DNA of 64,000 nucleotides. Origin: a virus. The notes below the pieces were generated by a model. It had not been told where the DNA came from and made no database searches. It saw only the letters and a list, made by a program, of their open reading frames with translations. Position 1 is the stretch's first letter. Each line of letters begins with the position of its first letter. Below are positions 38,399-47,941 of the stretch, piece by piece. The position numbers were made by a program, and so were the translations under genes. The stretch is taken from IMG/VR virus record IMGVR_UViG_3300035670_000065, positions 47,993 through 111,992 of that record. One strand, written 5' to 3'.

Positions 38399-38719
38399 TT
38401 TAGTCTCGGTGGATGCGGAATTTTCAGCAGTTTGCTATATCCGCTTAATTTAGGTAAAAAACGTGAAAAAACATGCATTACAAAAAATTAAAACACTTTC
38501 CCCAATTTATCAAGTTGGGTTAAGCTTACAGCGGGTCGTCAGCAGATTTAGGAGAATGTCTAGTGGACCGTACTCCCGAAATTGATCTTTACGTTTTGGG
38601 AATTCGCAAAAGAACATTTCGGGGGTCCACAGAATTCTACAAATCTGCAACACCCTTAAATTAGAACTCTTTAGTTCAATTTATATAATATTATAGCATA
38701 CATAATCATTTGTTGCAAG

Positions 38720-39805
38720 TCAATTTTTTTCATCCCCATAAGCTAGAGATAATATTTCTGATTTAGTGGCTAAGGACCAGCCTTTAGTTGACTTTTGATC
38801 TCCTTTAATTACTAGAGAAAGGGACTGTTTTAGCAGGCTATGAGTTGCTGCGAATGCAGATACTCCTCTTTCGTATATTCTATAGAGTTTATTGTCCGGA
38901 GATTTAATCGTGGCTATTTGCTTAGCAGGCTGTAGATACCAACCCTCATATATCTTTAAATACCCATTTAGAAGCTGCTTGACCCTAGTCTGTTCTAGGT
39001 TGTGAGACTGGCAGAATTGCTTAACATCTAGAACCTCTGTCTTTTTGCCATCTTTATATAGGTAGATAGATTCTATAAACTTATGTCTTTTCCGGTCTAT
39101 TCTATCTATGACTAGGAACGCTTTAGGATGTTCCTCTCTTAGATAGTGATGGGACCTACCTGCTAGAATGGATCTAATAGTATCTTCAGCAACTCCCGTG
39201 GATTCTTCAATCTCTCTAACTAACAATTTAGGGTCTTGAAGAAGCTCTAGTACCTTTAGGATCTGTTCTTCTGTGAATTTTGCTCTCTGATGTGAGTGTC
39301 CTTGTTTACGACGAGAAGTCTGCAATATCTTTAGGAACTCTTCGGGGAACTCCTCCTGAATCCAGGTATGAGTTCTGCCTGCTTTAATATTATATAGCTG
39401 CCCTTCACTAATACCTGTTATTTTCTCTATATCTTTAAGAGATAATTCCGGATCTTGCAAAAGAGGTAGAGCCTGTATAATCTGTTCTTTACTGTATTTA
39501 GCTCTAGGGTGCTCTGTACCTCCTCTAAATATATCTACTTCCGCAATATTGAGACCTTGATTAATAGAGTTTAACCTATCAATCCAGTAAGCTTCTCTAG
39601 AGTTGAGATCAATTATCCTACATTCTTCTATAATTTCTAAATTGGGTAGCCCACACATTTCATACGCTTCATTCAACTTAGGGTTATAATGCCCCTGTTC
39701 AAAAGAATACTTATGTGCTTTAAACCTTGCTTCTATATTTCTAGACTGCCCAACATAGGGCCAATCTTCCAACCCTTCAAACACTAACTTGTAAATACCT
39801 ATCAT
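38720..39805 (-). CDS. GIY-YIG homing endonuclease with repeated HTH-like domains
   Basis: IGIYKL...YVGQSRNIEARF; duplicated H.RAK(Y/F)..EQI...L.LLQDP.L repeat. Confidence 0.85.
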   Translation of the reverse strand: MIGIYKLVFEGLEDWPYVGQSRNIEARFKAHKYSFEQGHYNPKLNEAYEMCGLPNLEIIEECRIIDLNSREAYWIDRLNSINQGLNIAEVDIFRGGTEHPRAKYSKEQIIQALPLLQDPELSLKDIEKITGISEGQLYNIKAGRTHTWIQEEFPEEFLKILQTSRRKQGHSHQRAKFTEEQILKVLELLQDPKLLVREIEESTGVAEDTIRSILAGRSHHYLREEHPKAFLVIDRIDRKRHKFIESIYLYKDGKKTEVLDVKQFCQSHNLEQTRVKQLLNGYLKIYEGWYLQPAKQIATIKSPDNKLYRIYERGVSAFAATHSLLKQSLSLVIKGDQKSTKGWSLATKSEILSLAYGDEKN

Positions 39806-40377
39806 TTTTGTACCTTCTTTGTGATATTAACTTTTGGCAATAATAAATTATACTATATTTAGGGTAAAATGTCAAGTATAAAATTTCTTTTGGTGCTTGG
39901 TTAATAAAAATTGACTTGAAAATTATTGTGTGTTAGTGTATAATAATATTTTAGTGGGGAGATTTATGTTTGATCGAGAGTACGTTACTGCGTTAGAAGA
40001 TATAATTATGGACGAACTATTGCCTATGTATATTGTAGGTTGTAGATCTGTTGGTCGTGACCCTAAATCTAACCTAATTTTAGAGAAACTAATGACTGCT
40101 AGGATGAACCGGAGAGAAACACCTTGGATACTAAAGAAAAGCGAGTAATATACAAATATAATGTTGGTCGTAGCGTGCCTGTTGGAATGAATGATGTAGT
40201 TGTACAGGCTAATAAAGACTACCTATGGATATGGCATAAAGGTGGCGAAGAAGGAATGAGCCTAGAAACTGAGGTAGTTGGTACTGGCTGGGACTTAGAA
40301 GAATACGGAGAAGAATGGTTCCATATTCAAACCGTAGAAGAACAGCAGTACGTTTGGCATATTCTAGGACGTTATGT

Positions 40378-40686
40378 ATGAATGGAGAACCTATTATGAT
40401 GTCTACAGTGTTACATACAGCAAAGCAAACAGATTTCGAACAAAGACTAAGTATAGAACTAGGCAACTTAAAGAATATGCTTCTATCTAAGAACAAAGCT
40501 TATGGCAATAGTGCATTAGAACCTGTACGTATATTTGCTCGTTCGGATAAACTTGAGCAACTTAGGGTCAGGATAGATGATAAACTGAATCGTTTGAAGC
40601 AAGGCCTACCAGACGACGAAGATGTAGTATTAGACTTAATAGGCTATTTAATCTTATATAGGATCGCAAAAAATGCGCATTTATAA
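40378..40686 (+). CDS. Nucleotide-modification-associated domain (DUF1599-like) protein
   Basis: LLSKNKAYGNS...VRIDDKLNR...DLIGY. Confidence 0.65.
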   Translation: MNGEPIMMSTVLHTAKQTDFEQRLSIELGNLKNMLLSKNKAYGNSALEPVRIFARSDKLEQLRVRIDDKLNRLKQGLPDDEDVVLDLIGYLILYRIAKNAHL

Positions 40687-41391
40687 AACGGTTCAGACCT
40701 TCGTAGTCACATATGAAGTACGAGAAGAGGAAAACCATAGGTTCCTGGATATGTTAGCAGACCAGGACGATCTGTCTGAGTTTGAGGTAGAACAGACTTA
40801 CATCGGAGAGCAGATAGTTCATGCAGAATCCGATTGAGCCTGCGGACGAAGAAGTAGTCTTTGCTCCGGAGGACGAACCGATTGAGTTAGGTGGGATAGC
40901 TGATAAGCCTCCCGTGCCTCATATGGTTAAGCACGTTATGGAAGTGCTGGCACAGAGCGCAGAAGCTTCTTATTTAGTATGGCTAAAGCTCAGCCTAAAG
41001 TACGGCAGTATGCAGAAAGTAGTATGACTGAACTTACTGAAATACTGTACAGAACTAACAGGTCTATTTCTAGCGCTTGTGAAGAACTATCAGCTGTCTT
41101 TGCTATGGAAGACTTAGAAGACCTGGAACAATGCAGCCACTGCAACGTATGGTGGCACGACTATGAACTAATACCTGATCAAGACGATAACCAGGTGTGT
41201 AAATTTTGTGGAACTTATTATGGCTTATAATATATCAATAGAGAAAAAAGAATTAGATGGGCTTCTCAACTACTTGTTAGACGCCCCGACCCGAAGTGGT
41301 ATGTACCCTATAGTTGTTGCAATTTTGGGTCAGGTGGAAGCACAGAACGCTAAAGCTAAGGCAGAAGCTGACCCTATGCCCCGGCCTGAGA

Positions 41392-41970
41392 ATGACTAAG
41401 ACTCTCCTTAGCCTATTTGATTTTAGTGGGCGGTGGAGTCGACCCTACGTTGAGGCAGGTTGGGATGTGTACCAGGTAGACATAAAGCTGGGGATTGATA
41501 TACTTAGCTTAGAACCGTGTGATCTACCCCCTAAGATAGATGGAATACTAGCGGCTCCTCCTTGCACAGACTTTGCCGGGAGTGGCGCACAATACTGGAA
41601 AGCGAAAGACTTAGATGGAAGAACAGAACATTCACTCGCGCTTCTTGACAAAACCCTTAGTCTGGTACGGCACTATGAACCAGTATTCTGGGCCTTGGAA
41701 AATCCGGTGGGTAGACTCCCTACACTACGTCCAGAAATCGGAAAGCCCTGGTACTTCAACCCAAATGAGTTCGCAGGATGGCTTGAAGGAGAATGTTACA
41801 CCAAGCGAACCGGTCTTTGGGGAGTATTCAATAAACCCGAAAAACTGGCCCTTCCCGTCTCAGGAACCTCCCCAATAATGTCATTAGGAGGGAAATCTGA
41901 GAGAACGAAAGAACTACGATCAATGACCCCATTAGGATTTGCATATGCTTTCTACAATTCGAACCACTGA
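41392..41970 (+). CDS. DNA cytosine-C5 methyltransferase-like protein
   Basis: LSLFDFSG motif I, APPCTDF catalytic PC, ALENP motif VI. Confidence 0.8.
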   Translation: MTKTLLSLFDFSGRWSRPYVEAGWDVYQVDIKLGIDILSLEPCDLPPKIDGILAAPPCTDFAGSGAQYWKAKDLDGRTEHSLALLDKTLSLVRHYEPVFWALENPVGRLPTLRPEIGKPWYFNPNEFAGWLEGECYTKRTGLWGVFNKPEKLALPVSGTSPIMSLGGKSERTKELRSMTPLGFAYAFYNSNH

Positions 41971-42838
41971 AGCCTCATTAGAATTTACACAAGCTACAGT
42001 TGATGAAACTATTACAGCTGGGTTACTAAAAAGCTGGACCACCTGCGATAAAGACGGGCATATATTAGCAGTAATGTGGGCAGATCCTTTATTTATGTAC
42101 CAAATGGGAAACGAACTATGAACTACTACATTACATATAAGAACGGAAGAATCGACGCTAAGTTTGCGTACCGTAGCAGCTTGAACTATTATCTATTAGA
42201 GAACCGTGATGCAGTATACCGTGAATTCAGTGCCTGAAGAGTTTGTTACAAGCTTGAACGTAAATACCACTATTGATACTTATGACCCCCATGGCCAGTA
42301 CATACTACGAGCTGCTTGGGATATGTTTAACAACTGGCGTAGGCAATGGCATTATAGAGACCTAACAGAAAAAGAACAGCTAAAACTATATGAACGACTC
42401 ACAGGTATCACAATCATTGGGCATCCAGAATTTCGATCTTGAATCGGAAGCCGATCCTTGCTATAATATTATTTCTGTGATCGGGGGAAAAGTAATGATT
42501 AAAGACATCATTCGTTTCATCATGAAATCTGAAGGCGTATCGGCTAAAGAAGCTATCGAGATTTGGGAAGAAGAACTGAAAGTTTGCGACAACGATTGGG
42601 AAGAAGCTCTTTACAACTTTGGAATGGAACTGGACTACGCGCTATGAAAATCGAACTGCACGCTTCAACCCGTTGGGCTAACTGTTCTGTGAATGCTGTG
42701 ATTGACACCTGGGAAGACTTGGGTGTGTCTGATGAAGAATGGGATAATATGCCGGACGTAGACCGTCAGTATATGTTACAGGATTGTGCTTTGGATATGG
42801 TTGGTTTTAGCTTTGCTGCCAACTATTAAAATTTGAAC

Positions 42839-42867
42839 TTGACCCTAAGCCGTAACAATGCTATAAT
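42839..42867 (+). promoter_or_regulatory. T5-type strong early promoter (representative of about 15 copies between 36.4 and 61.6 kb)
   Basis: TTGACC-17-TATAAT with an A/T UP element; same form at 47907-47935 and 57870-57898. Confidence 0.8.
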
Positions 42868-43083
42868 ATTATTTCTGAGTGAGTGAAAGGGAAAGAAATG
42901 CTTAACATCATCTTGATTTACACTCATCCAATTCATGGCCGTTGCTATCTATGGTCGGCGGGAGAAATGCAGTATAGCCTGGGTACGGTTAGCACAACCT
43001 ACTGTAAGTTTGATGGATACACTCTAGATGAAGTTAAGGCTAGAGTGGAAGCAAAAGGATTTGCCCTGGTAGTTTAACACAAT

Positions 43084-43159
43084 GCCCTCTTAGCGTAGTG
43101 GACGACGCAGCGCTCTTCTAAAGCGTTATACGGGGGTTCGATTCCCTCAGAGGGTGCCA
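43084..43159 (+). tRNA. tRNA-Arg(TCT)
   Basis: Cloverleaf, anticodon loop CTTCTAA, CCA end. Confidence 0.9.
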
Positions 43160-43283
43160 TAAATGCGATTATTAGAAGCTTGTAAATTTGTATGTGAATT
43201 TTATAGTATAGATATCGAAACTTGTCGTAATCTATACTGGGACGAAGTACTTGCTTATCTAAATATTTTGAATTGGAAAGATA

Positions 43284-43610
43284 ATGTACACACCAGATCG
43301 TTGGGTAATTTTGACGTTGCGTCATCCTGAGTATGCCCCGTTCTCTAGGGTGTTTGCAGGTTGGTACGGCGGATATACTGGATCGGACTCATGGAAGATG
43401 AACTCCGGTATTAAAGGCTGGATGCAGCATAAAGATTACTTCGAATTTGATGGGGCTAGTGGTAGCGTGTACCGTTGCTACAAGAACGCTCATGGAATGT
43501 CTGCTTACATGGGGTCTGTTTTAGCTAACTTCCAGGATCAACTGGCAGCGCAAGGTGGACAGCTCGTGATTGAAGATGAACATAATCTAGAAGGAATTAT
43601 ACTATGCTAG
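43284..43610 (+). CDS. Conserved phage hypothetical protein
   Basis: YTPDRWVIL...GWYGGY.GSDSWKMNSG motif common in large phages. Confidence 0.6.
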   Translation: MYTPDRWVILTLRHPEYAPFSRVFAGWYGGYTGSDSWKMNSGIKGWMQHKDYFEFDGASGSVYRCYKNAHGMSAYMGSVLANFQDQLAAQGGQLVIEDEHNLEGIILC

Positions 43611-43754
43611 AAGCTAGGGAGCATTTTGAATCTTGGTATCAAAGAGTTTATTGGGACTTTCGAAATCATGGAGTTAGGTATGACAAAGAAAAAGACCAAT
43701 ATAACCACTATGATGTAGATTTGGCATATAATTCATTTATGGAAGGATGGAATT

Positions 43755-43889
43755 ATGTTAGTGAAACCGCGTGACCCGTTTGCCAAGGCGGTTCGTACCG
43801 ACCCTATGTTTAGGCAACGTGTAGTAAAGAGCAAAAAGTGCTTCAAGCGGCATGAAAAGCATCGGACTGACCGTGCCCAAACAGCTTGA
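43755..43889 (+). CDS. ArfA-like (alternative ribosome rescue factor A) peptide, 44 aa
   Basis: MLVKPRDPFAKAVRTDPMFRQRVVKSKKCFKRHEKHRTDRAQTA versus ArfA core DPLFRQRVEKNKK...RKGKH; RBS upstream. Confidence 0.6.
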   Translation: MLVKPRDPFAKAVRTDPMFRQRVVKSKKCFKRHEKHRTDRAQTA

Positions 43890-44704
43890 AGATCGTCGGA
43901 TTGAAAAATTAGAGTATCGACTAGACCAGGCTCACCGTGTGATTCGGGAACTTCTCGGTGCTCTAACTTGCCCGTCTGAGGAACTTAGAATGTTGGTTCA
44001 CGATGTAGCTAAAGAATACATGGAGGAAGTATATGACAGAATGGGACGAGACGGAACACTTCCTGCCTCACGGAATGGGGGCGAGGGAGTTGTGGATGAC
44101 GGAAGAACAGAAGTACCAGTACTTTGATCGTGCTTTAGGGCATTTGATTGGTACGATCATGACGACTCCTCGCAGTGTATTAGAGGAAGTCATGGAAGAA
44201 AAAGTATCAGACAGGTTGGTAGAACAGTTTGAGGAGTATATGACCCAGGGTGACCTGGTTACAGAGTGTAACTGCTGTGGCTGGTGGCAGAACGATCACG
44301 ATGGCATTCATGGCGACTTGTGTTGGCGTTGTGCTGAAGACGAAGAAGATTTTGATCTTGAAGACGAAGCCTAATTGCTTTATAATATTACTTGTTGTGT
44401 GAGAAAAAGAGTTTCAACCCTAACCTAAAAAGGCAAAATAATGGCTAAGACTTATACGTTTGTGTGTTATGATAACGAAGATAAATGTACGACTGAAGTA
44501 ACTTTTAAGACCGATAATGACTGTTGGGATGGCTTTGATGGCCCAATGTCCAAGTTCTTTGACTTCCTGAAGGGCTGCGGTTTCGTGTTCGATATTAACT
44601 CTGAGATCGGAGTTATGGATGACGATGGTGATTTTCGCAGTTCAGTGAATCAACATTTTTGATCTTGAATTGACCGCTTAAACCCTGTATAATATTACTT
44701 ATAC

Positions 44705-45000
44705 GATGAGGGAACGCAGCCGACACCGACAAATAAATATCGCCACTATGTGCACAATATTGTCGAGTACGTCCTAGAGCAAGTACCCATTATCAGTACC
44801 ATGAGTTGAGGCTCTCAGAAAAGCCCCTAATATCATGAGTTTACGCTGTCTCAGAAAACAGGATGAGGGAGGCATCTCAATAGACAAGGCCCTTAGTGCT
44901 ACTAATTTCTAGCTAGGTCGATTGGTTACCTATCTGCGTTCGCAAACCCAGCGAAAACCAATGTGTTGCGGGGGTACGGGCTTCACCATACGAAGCCCCT
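44705..45000 (+). ncRNA. Structured non-coding RNA with tandem H-type pseudoknots
   Basis: Own promoter; closing helix GAACGCAG(44712)/CTGCGTTC(44934); repeated TGAG...CTCAGAAA units; boundaries approximate. Confidence 0.6.
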
Positions 45001-45813
45001 TTAGTAAGCATCAACTTGTAGGACTTTACCAGTGCTTCGGTATACGGGACAGCCAAAGATGATGCTTTCTAAAGGAGGTAGTTATGACACACTTTGCTAT
45101 TATATGTAAGGATACCTGGAAAGTTCTAGGGTACATTCCTGCCGTTAATCATAATCAAGCTACGGTAATGGGACAAATTGTATATCATAAAAATATTGTT
45201 GCAGTACTTCCGGAGGATAACTGTGCAACTTCAGACTAATGATTTGGATCAACTAGAGTTCGAGTGGGATATGTCAATGCTTCATGCCCAACTGGACATT
45301 TTGAATGCCGTTCGTAGAGAAATGCCTGAGGATCAAAGAGGTATAGTTGAGCGTTACATGGTTGAAATCGAGGACGAAATTGCCGGAATGACTATAGGTG
45401 AAGAAATTCTGACTTGATTTTGTTTTGTGTTCGGCGTATAATATTATTTCTGGGTTGAAGAACACTTCAATGAAAGGCAAGTTCTTTCAAGCGTTTAATC
45501 TTCACCCCAGAGTATTTAAGGTAGTTCACTTGGTGTTTCTAGACTCCTCAAATTGGGGAGATGAAAACTTAATATATGGTAAACATCTACCCCATGTACC
45601 AAGTACACTACCTTAAATGCTTTTAAGTAAAGCTAGCAGCAAGACTGTACCTTAGCAATAGTTCATTCGAGAAGGGGTAATGGCCTTCAGCTACCTAGGG
45701 AGCGCATACAGTCCCAAGTGTGAGACTCGCTCTGACTGATTCGAACAGATCAAGAGATAATAACTAAGGTGAAACACGAGTACTTAGTAGCTTTTCTTAA
45801 AAGTAAGTAATTC

Positions 45814-45903
45814 CGGGAGTGCAAGTAAGGTAGGTTGGACCTACGCAGCGCTGTAAACGCTGTCCTTCTAGGCACGAGGTTCGATTCCGTCCATTCCCGA
45901 CCA
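45814..45903 (+). tRNA. tRNA-Tyr(GTA), atypical
   Basis: CAGCG-CTGTAAA-CGCTG anticodon arm, long variable arm, CCA; extra nucleotides before the D-arm and an irregular T-stem. Confidence 0.7.
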
Positions 45904-45910
45904 AGTTTAT

Positions 45911-45987
45911 GGAGCTATCGTCTAACTGGTTAGGACATCACCCTTTCAAGGTGGGAACGTGGGGTTCGAATCCCCCTAGCTCTACCA
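45911..45987 (+). tRNA. tRNA-Glu(TTC)
   Basis: Cloverleaf, loop CTTTCAA, CCA. Confidence 0.92.
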
Positions 45988-46499
45988 AATAGAAGTAGAA
46001 CAGTGGCACACCTGGCGACGTGCGAAGCCACCGCATGAAGTAGCCGCTACCATCGAAACATTTAGAAAATTTGGGTAAATCCGACGACTCTAGTTGTTTT
46101 AGAGGCCTAACGTCCGCCAGACGCGGTAACTGGCTTAGTATCCTAAAATGTATTAACTGACCCTAAGTTGCGAAACGCGGAGACTGAGTGGAATCAGTCT
46201 AGCAAACCCAATACGGTGGGAAGATGAAAAAATTCAGGATTCACGACGACGCCCGAACCTACGAGATTCCACTCTGGTATACGGCCTAATAGTGACGAGC
46301 AACAAGTAATCTTACAGTTAATACTTTTTAGTATATTAAGGAGTTATTATGATACAGATAGCAATGTGGCCTGATGGCACATGGTGTGAACTTGAGGACA
46401 TAGAAGCGTACTTGCACTTCATGTCAGATGACTACGAAATTAAACAAGTTACTACACTAAAGTATTACGAATTATGCTTTGGTGATTAAGAAGGTATTT

Positions 46500-46585
46500 G
46501 GGGCGGTGGCGTAACCCGGTAGCCGCGCTGGTCTTAGAAACCAGTTCCGAAAGGAGTGAGAGTTCGATTCTCTCCTGCCCCACCA
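46500..46585 (+). tRNA. tRNA-Leu(TAG)
   Basis: Loop CTTAGAA, long variable arm, CCA. Confidence 0.92.
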
Positions 46586-46607
46586 GATAAGCAGTTCAAG
46601 ATATAGA

Positions 46608-46690
46608 GCCACCGTGGAGAAATTGGTATACTCACAAAACTTAAAATTTTGCGCTTCGGCATGCCGGTTCGATCCCGGCCGGTGGTACCA
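46608..46690 (+). tRNA. tRNA-Leu(TAA)
   Basis: Loop CTTAAAA, long variable arm, CCA. Confidence 0.92.
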
Positions 46691-46928
46691 AATACTATGG
46701 AGCTAAAATGAAAATCAGAGTAGAAAGAGATACATCGTATAGCTATTATCTTTTAGATGCCGAGTATCTAGCTATTATTGATCCAGATAGTTACTACAAT
46801 ACGATTACGGTTTCTGATGAGTTTGTAGCTAAGTACAGAGCATTACAAAAGTTAAATAACGAAATGCAAGATGCGCTAAAGGCGATACACGATGAAAGTT
46901 TCCGCACGGTATACAAGGCAATCTAAAT

Positions 46929-47003
46929 GCTCCGGAAGCTTAACGGTCAAGCGATGTCCTCATAAGACAGGGAAAGCTGGTTCAACTCCAGTCCGGAGCA
47001 CCA
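46929..47003 (+). tRNA. tRNA-Met/Ile2(CAT)
   Basis: Loop CTCATAA, CCA. Confidence 0.88.
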
Positions 47004-47004
47004 C

Positions 47005-47079
47005 GGGTTGCAAGCTTTAATGGTGAAGCATACGGCTCTTACCCGTAAGAACACGGATCGTTACCGTGGCAACCCACCA
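47005..47079 (+). tRNA. tRNA-Lys(CTT)
   Basis: TACGG-CTCTTAC-CCGTA; T-loop ATCGTTA; CCA. Confidence 0.85.
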
Positions 47080-47149
47080 AATTTTAATCTTGAATTGTAG
47101 TAAGATTCTTGCTATAATATTATTTCTGAATTGATGAAAGAAGAATACT

Positions 47150-47671
47150 ATGGCAAACATCTTTTTTGCTAGCGATCACCATCTAACTCATACAAACATA
47201 CTCACTTTTAAGCGCTCAGATGGAAGTCCTCTTAGGGATTTCCCTAATATCACCGAACACGATGAGTACATCATTGCTCAACACAATAACCGTGTTCGTG
47301 ATTGCGACAAGACCTACTTTCTAGGTGACGTGGTCATGAGCCACAAGAATCTTCACCTCCTGGGTAGGCTGAATGGAGAGAAGGTTCTAATTAAGGGCAA
47401 CCATGATTGTGCTAAGCTAAGTCAGTACGAGCCTTACTTCAAGGATATTCGTGGCAGCCACCAGTTTAGCGGTATTATCATGACTCATATCCCTATTCAT
47501 CCAGAGAGTCTGGCTAGATGGGGCGTCAATATTCATGGCCACCTACACTACCATCGTGTTCCAGATCAGTACGGTAATCCGGACAAACGATACTTTAATG
47601 TTAGTATGGAATGTCTAGACGACTATACACCGATCAGTCTTGAGGAAATAAAATCTAGACTTGATCTCTGA
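47150..47671 (+). CDS. Calcineurin-like metallophosphoesterase
   Basis: SDHH, LGDV, GNHD, HGHLH. Confidence 0.88.
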   Translation: MANIFFASDHHLTHTNILTFKRSDGSPLRDFPNITEHDEYIIAQHNNRVRDCDKTYFLGDVVMSHKNLHLLGRLNGEKVLIKGNHDCAKLSQYEPYFKDIRGSHQFSGIIMTHIPIHPESLARWGVNIHGHLHYHRVPDQYGNPDKRYFNVSMECLDDYTPISLEEIKSRLDL

Positions 47672-47941
47672 GTTAAAACAGCGTATAATATCTTTATTGA
47701 ATGGGAGAACACTATGAACGAAACGACACTAGAAATTGTGAGACTTTTGAATGATGTTGGCCTGTTCCCCGGAGAGACTGTATTAGTAGAGATCAATGAC
47801 CTGGTTCAATCCACGCTTGATGAAGCGTACAGTGATGGATACCTCGAAGCACAAGCTGAGTTTGATGTACCGGAAGAATACGAGTACGACTACTAAAAAT
47901 TCAGACTTGACCCTAAACTGAAATTGCTTTATAATAGTTAT

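Noticed and set aside
45990-46062. Possible HDV-like (theta) ribozyme after tRNA-Glu
   Set aside because: I could not build the nested double-pseudoknot pairing by eye.
46104-46134. Resemblance of GGCCTAACGTCCGCCAGACGCGGTAAC to the 16S rRNA 530 loop
   Set aside because: Only a gapped ~25-nt similarity with no flanking rRNA sequence; a small pseudoknot (CCGC/GCGG, GCCAG/CTGGC) explains it.
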